Source of the DNA: Synechococcus elongatus PCC 6301
GTDB lineage: Bacteria > Cyanobacteriota > Cyanobacteriia > Synechococcales > Synechococcaceae
Direction: 5' to 3'
NCBI RefSeq assembly: GCF_000010065.1
Contig: NC_006576.1
Location: 2,520,001-2,552,000 of the forward strand
DNA: 32,000 nucleotides
The notes below the pieces were generated by a model that was given only the letters and a program-made list of their open reading frames with translations, was not told the origin of the DNA and did no database searches. The stretch's first letter is position 1. Every line of letters starts with the position of its first letter. Made by a program: the position numbers and the translations under genes. Below are positions 25,063-32,000 of the stretch, one piece after another.

Positions 25063-28000
25063 GTGAAGGCTGACACTGCTGCGATCGCTGCCCTTGTGAC
25101 GCTGCTGCGTCGGCAAACAGAAGTTGATTTACAGCCTCATTGGCGGTTGGCTCCGGCCACTGTTCAGGCGGAAGGCTGTCTAATTGCCCAAGGATTCGAG
25201 ACTTGGTCGATCGCGGAGCGCAACGAAAAGCAGCACATTGCTTGGCCCCGCGGTCAGAAAACGCTTTGGCTTGCTTGCTGTTGGACGATTCCCGATCGCT
25301 GCGATCGCTGGCCTGTTGCTGATATGGCCTTGCGGCTGGCGCTGACTTGGTGGGCTGAAGCCGCTGAAGTCTACGTTGATGGGCAGTTAGTCCAGACTGG
25401 CGACCTGTTTGATTGCAGCAGTCGAGTGCTGTTGCGGGACATGGCCCAGCCGGGCGATCGCCTTCAGTTGTTGCTGCGTTTAGTCAGTCCTGGCCATGAT
25501 GACGGTGCTTTGGTGCGATCGCAGCTGATTTTTGAGTCCTCAACAGACTTGCCAGAGCTAAGTTTTCTGGGGCAGGAGTTGGCGGTGGTCAACAGTTTTG
25601 CCGAACAGCTCCAGCCGGAGTTGCTGCCGAAGCTTGAAGCGATCGCCCAGTCTTTTGCAGACTTAGATTGCAGCCAAGCCGATACGGCAGATCGATTGGC
25701 ACGACTGCGGGATCAACTTGCTGCGATCGCAGCTCCGATTCGTCAGCGCCGTGTCAGTCTGTTGGGTCATGCCCATTTAGATCTGGCTTGGCTCTGGCCC
25801 GTTGCAGAAACTTGGGAAGCCGCCCAGCGCACCTTTGAATCAGTCCTGCAGTTGCAGGCGGCATTCCCAGAGCTGACCTTTGGTCACTCCACACCGGCGC
25901 TCTACGAGTGGATTGAAAGGAATCGCCCCGATTTATTTGTGGCGATTCAAGCTCAGATTGCGGCGGGACGTTGGGAAGTGAATGCTGGCCCGTGGGTGGA
26001 GCCAGAGCTGAACCTAGTCAGTGCAGAATCGCTGGTGCGGCAACTACTCTATGGGCAGCGCTACAGCACCGAGACCTTAGGCGTCCAGAATCGCGTTGCT
26101 TGGCTGCCCGATAGTTTTGGTTTTTGCTGGCAGCTGCCGCAGCTGTTGCAACAGGCGGGAATCGATACCTTTGTCACTCAAAAGCTGCGCTGGAACGACA
26201 GCACCCAATTCCCACACGGCTTGTTTCGCTGGCGATCGCCCGATGGCAGTGAAGTGCTGGCGCTGATGTCGGCTCCAATTGGGACCGGAATCGATCCCGA
26301 GGCGATCGCTAACTACAGCTGGGAGTGGGAACAGCAGACTGGTTCGCAAGAATCACTCTGGCTGCCGGGCGTGGGCGATCATGGCGGTGGCCCCACCCGT
26401 GACATGTTGGAACAAGCTCGCCGCTGGCAACAGTCGCCTTGCTTCCCTCAACTGCAATTCGAGACGTTGACGGCTTATCTAGAACGGTTGGGCGATCGCG
26501 ATCGCCTGCCAGTTTGGAACAATGAACTCTATCTGGAATTTCACCGAGGTTGCTACACCAGCCATGCCGATCAAAAAGCCTACAACCGCCAAGCGGAAAC
26601 CGCTTTATACAGCGCTGAGGTTTGGGCTAGTTTTGCCAGCCTGCTGACGGGAGCGGACTATCCCAAAGTCAATTTAGAAGCAGCTTGGAAGGCAACGCTA
26701 TTTAATCAGTTTCACGACATTTTGCCCGGCTCTGCCATTCCCGAAGTCTATGCCGATGCCGATCCGGAATGGCAACAGGCGATCGCGACGGCTCATCAGG
26801 TCAAATCCGAAGCCCTAACGGCAATCGCCGCTCACATCGCTTGGACAGCACCACCCAGGTCAACTGCGCAGCCTTGGCTAATCTTCAATGACTTGCCGGG
26901 CGATCGCAGTACGGTAATTGCGATCGACGGTCATTGGCGCATCTTTGATTTATCAGGCCAGGAACTCCCCAGTCAGTTCACGCCAACAGAGACGTTAGTC
27001 GCTGTCACAGTGTCGGGCATGGGTTGGCTGGGACTCTGGAGAGAAGCCGCGATCGCAACGATTCAAGCGATTGATCCAACCGCTCCACTGCACTTATCCA
27101 ATGATTGGCTTTCCGCCGAAATTGATCCGGAAACAGGGGATCTCCTGCAACTACGCGATCGCCAAGGCCGAGAGCTGTTGGATGGCCAAGGCAATCAATA
27201 CCAGCGATTCCAAGATCAAGGTCAGTATTGGGATGCTTGGAACATCGATCCGGCTTACGAGCAACATCCGCTCCCATCACCAGAGTTGCAGTCTCTGACT
27301 TGGCTAGAACAAGGACCGTTGCGCTGGCGACTCCGGCGTATCTTGAGCTGCGATCGCTCGACGATTACGCAGGATTACGTACTGACTGTTGCCGATCCTT
27401 GGCTGAAGCTGGAGACGACGATCGATTGGCAGCAGCGCCACGAATTACTCAAGGTCGCGTTTCCAACAACCGTCTCCGCTCCTGTGGCGACCTATGAGAT
27501 GGCAGCTGGGGCGATCGCGAGAGCCAGACAGCCGCAAACGCCCGCCGAAGCGGCTCAATGGGAAGTTCCGGCGTTGCGCTGGGCTGATCTGAGCGATCTG
27601 CAAGGCGGGCTAGCGATTCTGAACGACTGCAAGTATGGCTATGACTGTCGCGATCGCCAGTTGCGGCTAACCCTACTGAGGGGGAGCACTTGGCCCGATC
27701 CCCAAGCCGATTTAGGGCAGCATCAGTTTGCCTACGCGATCTATCCCCATCCAGACTCTTGGCAGGCCGCGGGTGTTGCTCCTCTGGCGCGTCGCCTGAA
27801 TCAACCGCTGACAGGGCAGCCAGCGCCCTTCGCTCAAGGAGCCTTGCAACCTAGCCAAACTCTTCTGAACTGGAATGCGGATCAGCTCCTGCCGCTTGCT
27901 CTGAAACGATCAGAAACGGGCGATCGCTGGCTGTTGCGTTGCTACGAGGCGATCGGTCAAACCGCAGAGCTGGTACTGACGGGCGATCGCACTTGGCAGA

Positions 28001-28110
28001 TCGGGGCTCGTTTAGATGGGCTGGAACAACCGTTGTCCTCCTCTTCGACTGAGGTTCAACCTTGGCAAATTGCCAGCTTTGAGCTGCTGCAACCCACTCA
28101 AGAGAATTGA
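25063..28110 (+). CDS. Glycoside hydrolase family 38 alpha-mannosidase
   Basis: GHAHLDLAWLWP, PELTFGHSTPALYEWIE, WLPDSFGF and LYLEFHRGCYTSHA fit the GH38 catalytic domain. The track start at 24943 is TTG and would overlap the divergent gene. The in-frame GTG at 25063 (VKADTAAIAALVTLLRRQTEVDLQPHW) is my preferred but uncertain start. Confidence 0.88.
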   Translation: MKADTAAIAALVTLLRRQTEVDLQPHWRLAPATVQAEGCLIAQGFETWSIAERNEKQHIAWPRGQKTLWLACCWTIPDRCDRWPVADMALRLALTWWAEAAEVYVDGQLVQTGDLFDCSSRVLLRDMAQPGDRLQLLLRLVSPGHDDGALVRSQLIFESSTDLPELSFLGQELAVVNSFAEQLQPELLPKLEAIAQSFADLDCSQADTADRLARLRDQLAAIAAPIRQRRVSLLGHAHLDLAWLWPVAETWEAAQRTFESVLQLQAAFPELTFGHSTPALYEWIERNRPDLFVAIQAQIAAGRWEVNAGPWVEPELNLVSAESLVRQLLYGQRYSTETLGVQNRVAWLPDSFGFCWQLPQLLQQAGIDTFVTQKLRWNDSTQFPHGLFRWRSPDGSEVLALMSAPIGTGIDPEAIANYSWEWEQQTGSQESLWLPGVGDHGGGPTRDMLEQARRWQQSPCFPQLQFETLTAYLERLGDRDRLPVWNNELYLEFHRGCYTSHADQKAYNRQAETALYSAEVWASFASLLTGADYPKVNLEAAWKATLFNQFHDILPGSAIPEVYADADPEWQQAIATAHQVKSEALTAIAAHIAWTAPPRSTAQPWLIFNDLPGDRSTVIAIDGHWRIFDLSGQELPSQFTPTETLVAVTVSGMGWLGLWREAAIATIQAIDPTAPLHLSNDWLSAEIDPETGDLLQLRDRQGRELLDGQGNQYQRFQDQGQYWDAWNIDPAYEQHPLPSPELQSLTWLEQGPLRWRLRRILSCDRSTITQDYVLTVADPWLKLETTIDWQQRHELLKVAFPTTVSAPVATYEMAAGAIARARQPQTPAEAAQWEVPALRWADLSDLQGGLAILNDCKYGYDCRDRQLRLTLLRGSTWPDPQADLGQHQFAYAIYPHPDSWQAAGVAPLARRLNQPLTGQPAPFAQGALQPSQTLLNWNADQLLPLALKRSETGDRWLLRCYEAIGQTAELVLTGDRTWQIGARLDGLEQPLSSSSTEVQPWQIASFELLQPTQEN

Positions 28111-28176
28111 GGCTCAGTTCTGAACGACTGGCCTAGAGGGCATCACCATACTCTGCGATTAGAGCGATCGCCGCCT

Positions 28177-28371
28177 CTAAGCGTTGTCGACTTTGGGCGG
28201 TGCTGCTGCGCTGGTGTTGTTCGAGTGCCACAAGGAATTTAGCTTGAACTCGGAGAGCCGCTGGTTCTCTTGCTTCAACTGCTGCGTTTTAGCCTCGATT
28301 TCCAGCGTTCTACTCAGAGCTGAGATGGACCACGAGACAGCGTCACAACGATGAAGGCGTAGCAGCTTCAT
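28177..28371 (-). CDS. Small hypothetical ORF (64 aa)
   Basis: ATG start. Central heptad-like segment (LEIEAKTQQLKQENQRLSEFKL). The start overlaps the stop of an upstream 45-codon ORF. No family recognised. Confidence 0.35.
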   Translation of the reverse strand: MKLLRLHRCDAVSWSISALSRTLEIEAKTQQLKQENQRLSEFKLNSLWHSNNTSAAAPPKVDNA

Positions 28372-28505
28372 TTAAGGCTAGAGACGTTGACCCCAAGCCG
28401 CTGGAGAGGGATGGTTTCGGCATCGGTGTAAAACCTCAGAAGGGCTGCCGCTGCATAGAGAAAAGTGGTTAGCGATCGCGGTAAGAGGGCCAGTAAGCTC
28501 CGCAT
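28368..28505 (-). CDS. Very small hypothetical ORF (45 aa), speculative
   Basis: Hand translation gives MRSLLALLPRSLTTFLYAAAALLRFYTDAETIPLQRLGVNVSSLK. Its TGA shares the ATGA tetranucleotide (28368-28371) with the 64-aa ORF's ATG. Not in the ORF track. Confidence 0.2.
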   Translation of the reverse strand: MRSLLALLPRSLTTFLYAAAALLRFYTDAETIPLQRLGVNVSSLK

Positions 28506-28560
28506 GGGTTCAGTCTAGCGATCGCCTTCAAACCGTCATCCACAGCAAGGCTAGTCGGTC

Positions 28561-29097
28561 TTAACGCGAGAGATTGCGCTTGAGAGCATTGAGCTCTTCC
28601 TCAATATCCCAGGCGTGGAAAGCAGCTTCGAGCGGGTCGTTAGGGTCAGCGGTGGGTGGGGTTCCCCAAGTCGCAGGGCTGGCTTGAACGGTTGCGAGTC
28701 GCTCTTTGACCTCTTGCTGTCGCACTTGCATTTGCCGATAAAGCTGTTGGCTCTGTTCAATCTGTTGCTTAACAGCGGTCATTTGGCCCCAGAGCTGATT
28801 GCCCTGCCGCAGCAAAGCGGCTTCGCGGGCTTGGGCGGGTTCCACCAAATCTAACCGTCCCTTGGCTTGAGCCTTCGCGATGCGTTCGTGCCACAGTTGC
28901 ACATCGCGCGCCGTCGCCAAAATCTTCTCTTGCAAGGCCTGCTCTTGACTCTGGAGCTGCTTGATCAGGCGGAGCGTATCGCTGGCCTGTTCATCGAGCT
29001 GTTCTGCCAAGGCCTGCAACTCGAGATGGGGATTGTCACGCAGATACTCTTCAAGACGGTCCTCTAAGAAGCGGCTGACATCGTCGAAAATGCTCAC
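28561..29097 (-). CDS. Conserved cyanobacterial coiled-coil protein (178 aa)
   Basis: GTG start. SIFDDVSRFLEDRLEEYLRDNPHLELQALAEQL, followed by long heptad-rich Q/E/R/K sequence. I recall close homologues annotated only as conserved hypothetical proteins in cyanobacteria. Confidence 0.7.
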   Translation of the reverse strand: MSIFDDVSRFLEDRLEEYLRDNPHLELQALAEQLDEQASDTLRLIKQLQSQEQALQEKILATARDVQLWHERIAKAQAKGRLDLVEPAQAREAALLRQGNQLWGQMTAVKQQIEQSQQLYRQMQVRQQEVKERLATVQASPATWGTPPTADPNDPLEAAFHAWDIEEELNALKRNLSR

Positions 29098-29200
29098 CGT
29101 GCGCCCTCGGTTCTCTTGCTTTCAGTATGCGGGCTGATTGGGGGATGGCGAGGAACATGCGATGCTGACTGCGATCGCAGCATTTCCGGTCTGAACCGAT

Positions 29201-30145
29201 ATGGATCTTTCTTCCCGAATTTTTGTGGCGGGCCACCGTGGTTTGGTGGGGGCTGCGATCGTTCGGCGTCTGCAGGCAGCAGGCTACCAGAATCTTGTGA
29301 CGGCTTCGCGATCGCAAGTGGATCTGCGGGATGCGATCGCGGTCGATCGCTTTTTTGCCGAGTATCAACCCGACTATGTTTTTCTGGCAGCAGCAAAAGT
29401 TGGTGGGATTTATGCGAACGATATCTATCCGGCAGACTTTATTCGCGACAACTTGCAGATTCAGACCAATGTGATCGATGCGGCCTACCGCCAGGGTTGC
29501 CAAAAGCTGCTGTTTTTGGGGTCGACCTGCATCTATCCCAAATTTGCGCCCCAGCCGATGCCAGAAAGCTGTCTGCTGACAGGGGAGTTGGAGCCGACCA
29601 ATGAATGGTATGCGATCGCAAAAATCGCGGGTATTAAACTCTGTCAGGCCTACCGCAAACAATATGGCTTCAACGCGATTAGCTTGATGCCAACCAATCT
29701 TTACGGGCCAGAAGATAACTTCCACCCTGAGAATAGTCATGTTTTGCCAGCCTTGATTCGGCGCTTTTTGGAAGCGAAAGAAGCCAATCAAGCAGAAGTC
29801 GTTTGCTGGGGAACCGGCAGTCCTCGCCGCGAATTTCTCTACGTGGATGACCTGGCCGATGCTTGTCTGTTTCTGATGCAGACCTACAACGAACCTGAGA
29901 TTGTGAATGTCGGTGTTGGTCACGACATTTCGATTCGCGAACTGGCAGAACTCGTGGCTCAAACGGTGGGCTACGGCGGCGCGATCGCCTGGGATAGCAG
30001 CAAGCCAGATGGCACGCCCCGCAAGCTCGTCGATGTTCAGCGGCTGACCCAGTTGGGCTGGACTGCTCAAACTTCGCTAGAACTGGGGTTGCGACAAACG
30101 CTGGATTGGTTCTTGGCCCATCGTCTGCAAGAAGCTCGTCTCTAA
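29201..30145 (+). CDS. fcl: GDP-L-fucose synthase (GDP-4-keto-6-deoxy-D-mannose 3,5-epimerase/4-reductase)
   Basis: 314 aa. SDR-type motif [26 protein letters not shown], the catalytic YAIAKIAG (YxxxK), and [11 protein letters not shown] match Fcl/WcaG. Confidence 0.92.
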   Translation: MDLSSRIFVAGHRGLVGAAIVRRLQAAGYQNLVTASRSQVDLRDAIAVDRFFAEYQPDYVFLAAAKVGGIYANDIYPADFIRDNLQIQTNVIDAAYRQGCQKLLFLGSTCIYPKFAPQPMPESCLLTGELEPTNEWYAIAKIAGIKLCQAYRKQYGFNAISLMPTNLYGPEDNFHPENSHVLPALIRRFLEAKEANQAEVVCWGTGSPRREFLYVDDLADACLFLMQTYNEPEIVNVGVGHDISIRELAELVAQTVGYGGAIAWDSSKPDGTPRKLVDVQRLTQLGWTAQTSLELGLRQTLDWFLAHRLQEARL

Positions 30146-30191
30146 ACAGCGCGATCGCAACTGTCCTGTCTGTCCTGGCTTTTCGGTTGGA

Positions 30192-31586
30192 GTGAATTTG
30201 CGAACCATTCGGGCTGAGCTGCAACAGTTCCTGCAGCTAGCGATTCCCTTGGCGGCTGCCCAAGTTGCTCAGGCGGCAGTGGGCTTTGTCGATACGGTGA
30301 TGATGGGGCGACTCGGCCCGGAGCCCTTGGCGGCTGGGGGCTTAGCTTCAGCCCTTTTCCAGTTCATTTTGGCCACGGCTAGCGGGGTCGTGATGGCAGT
30401 CAGCCCGCTGGTAGCGGAGGCCCAGGGAGCGGGTAAAGACTACAAAATTGCGGCGATCGCGCGACAAGGTCTGTGGCTGTCGGTGCTGCTGGGGCTGCCG
30501 GTGATGCTGATCATCAGCCAGCTTGCCCGCCTGATGCCAGTGCTGGGGCAGTCGGCAACCACGATCGCCCTGGCCCGAGACTACTGGATGGCAGTGCTCT
30601 GGGGCATCATTCCCGGCCTTGGGTTTGCCATGCTGCGGGGCTACGTTGCAGCCCTTGAGCAGGCTCGGATTATCCTGCCGTTGGTGTTGTTTGGCACGCT
30701 AGTCAACGGACTGGGTAACTATTTGCTGGGCTACGGACAGCTAGGGTTTCCACGGCTGGAACTAACGGGCTTGGGCCTCTCAAGTGCCCTGGGGCTCTGG
30801 GTGATGTTTTTGGGCCTGCTCGCCTATACCGCCTGGCAGCCGAAGCTGCGCCGCTATCCCTTTTGGCAGGACTGGCGACGGCTGCAGCCGTCGATCTGCC
30901 GTCAGATTTTGCAATTGGGCTGGGCGATCGCGGTCACGGTGGCCGTGGAATTTGGCCTGTTTACAATCATCACAATTTTGATGGGAGCGATCGGCGTCGA
31001 GGCTTTGGCCGCCCATCAGACAGTTTCCCAAACAATCATCTTGATTTTCATGGTGCCCTTGGGCTGTTCCTTCGCCGTAACTGTGCGCGTTGGCTGGTGG
31101 TTGGGTCGCCAGGATGGCCTTGGAGCTCGACGTGCCGGTCTGGTGGGAGTAGGGGCGATCGCCCTGTGGATGCTGTTACTGGCGATCCCTCTGGCTCTAT
31201 TCCCCCGCGCGATCGTCGGTATCTACGTGGATCTCAACAATCCTGTCAATGCCGGACTATTGAACTTGGCTTTACCCATGCTGCGCGTTGCCTCCCTGGC
31301 GCTGGTGCTCGATGGTGTGCAGCGTGTCGCGATGGGAGCGCTACATGGCCTGCAAGATACTCGCATTCCGCTGCTGCTTAGTCTGCTGGCTTTTTGGATG
31401 GTTGGGGTCGGCAGTAGCGCGATGCTAGGGTTTCAATTGGGTTGGGGCAGCACCGGTCTCTGGATTGGTCAATCTTTGGGCGTGGCGATCGCAGGGGGAC
31501 TGTTCCTGCAGCGCTTTTTGAAATTGACCCAAAATCGAACATTCAAGCAACGCCTGCAGCCTCAGCCGCTAGCTACTCATCCCTAA
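30192..31586 (+). CDS. MATE-family efflux transporter (NorM/DinF-like)
   Basis: 464 aa with about 12 hydrophobic helices. The N-terminal LAIPLAAAQVAQAAVGFVDTVMMGRLG is a typical MATE signature. GTG start preceded by GGAG. Confidence 0.9.
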   Translation: MNLRTIRAELQQFLQLAIPLAAAQVAQAAVGFVDTVMMGRLGPEPLAAGGLASALFQFILATASGVVMAVSPLVAEAQGAGKDYKIAAIARQGLWLSVLLGLPVMLIISQLARLMPVLGQSATTIALARDYWMAVLWGIIPGLGFAMLRGYVAALEQARIILPLVLFGTLVNGLGNYLLGYGQLGFPRLELTGLGLSSALGLWVMFLGLLAYTAWQPKLRRYPFWQDWRRLQPSICRQILQLGWAIAVTVAVEFGLFTIITILMGAIGVEALAAHQTVSQTIILIFMVPLGCSFAVTVRVGWWLGRQDGLGARRAGLVGVGAIALWMLLLAIPLALFPRAIVGIYVDLNNPVNAGLLNLALPMLRVASLALVLDGVQRVAMGALHGLQDTRIPLLLSLLAFWMVGVGSSAMLGFQLGWGSTGLWIGQSLGVAIAGGLFLQRFLKLTQNRTFKQRLQPQPLATHP

Positions 31587-31621
31587 TTGCACTGAATCTT
31601 GAGGACTGGAGTCCCAGACTG

Positions 31622-31963
31622 CTAAGACGGGGATTGTAAGCCTTGCCCCCAGGCATGCAGCCCCTCCAACACTGGCAGCAGGGCTTGTCCACGCTCGGTC
31701 AAGGCGTATTCAACGCGGGGTGGTACTTCTGGATAGACCGTGCGATCCAGCACTCCATCCGCTTCAAGTTCACGGAGCTGGCTAGTCAAGACTTTTTGGC
31801 TAACCCCAACGAGCGATCGCTGCAGATCAGAAAAGCGACGCACCCCCTCCGCTAGCTCCCGAATAATCAGCAACTTCCAGCGACCTTGCATCACCCGCAG
31901 CGCTACTTCGGCAGGGCAATTGCTGTGATCATGACTTTCTAAATAGCCGGATTCTGAATCCAT
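31622..31963 (-). CDS. HxlR-family (MarR-like winged-helix) transcriptional regulator
   Basis: 113 aa. CPAEVALRVMQGRWKLLIIRELAEGVRRFSDLQRSL.GVSQKVLTSQLRELEADGVLDRTVYPEVPPRVEYALTERG is a textbook HxlR domain. Confidence 0.9.
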   Translation of the reverse strand: MDSESGYLESHDHSNCPAEVALRVMQGRWKLLIIRELAEGVRRFSDLQRSLVGVSQKVLTSQLRELEADGVLDRTVYPEVPPRVEYALTERGQALLPVLEGLHAWGQGLQSPS

Positions 31964-32000
31964 ATTTACAAACAGCTAACCAACGTACTTTTGGCTTCGT

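Noticed and set aside
29051-30070. 339-aa minus-strand ORF, the second-longest unexplained frame in the window
   Set aside because: It lies entirely antisense to the well-supported fcl gene. The protein is Arg/Cys/His/Gln-rich with no recognisable motif. This is a typical shadow ORF in GC-rich coding DNA.
30158-30177. Tandem duplication ctgtcctgt/ctgtcctgg between fcl and the MATE gene
   Set aside because: It is a two-copy 8-9-nt repeat in a 46-bp spacer, with no hairpin, T-run or known motif. Probably a trivial slippage product.

Overview
This window looks like an ordinary chromosomal region of a cyanobacterium. The evidence is dense HIP1 palindromes (GCGATCGC), mid-50s % G+C by eye, psbI, and several cyanobacteria-restricted conserved proteins. 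From memory only (not checked), gene content and order fit Synechococcus elongatus PCC 7942/6301. I support about 27 protein-coding genes. Named or family-assigned ones are: a CrtI/CrtISO-family oxidoreductase, an orphan sulfate/thiosulfate-binding protein, a HEAT-repeat PBS-lyase-like protein, icd, glcE-glcF, a 1238-aa multi-PAS/LOV-like/GGDEF/EAL sensor, upp, a tightly packed minus-strand gene string led by rpoZ, a membrane-anchored GTPase, an M3 oligopeptidase, an LptD/OstA-like outer-membrane protein, psbI (below the ORF-track cutoff, found by hand), a GH38 alpha-mannosidase, fcl, a MATE transporter and an HxlR regulator. I saw no rRNA, tRNA, CRISPR array, transposase, integrase or recognisable defence or toxin module. 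I cannot honestly point to a convincing new multi-gene system. The observations most worth a second look are: (1) the M3 peptidase ORF is an in-frame chimera whose first ~148 codons are low-GC, unrelated sequence; (2) the sensor's LOV-type domain has Phe in place of the photoactive Cys, together with a degenerate GGDEF (SSDEF) and an intact-looking EAL; (3) an ~0.8-kb low-GC island at 3839-4657 with small ORFs and a compound bidirectional terminator; (4) a pair of tiny ORFs with an ATGA overlap at 28177-28505. All homology statements come from reading the translations and from memory of the families. No searches were run.
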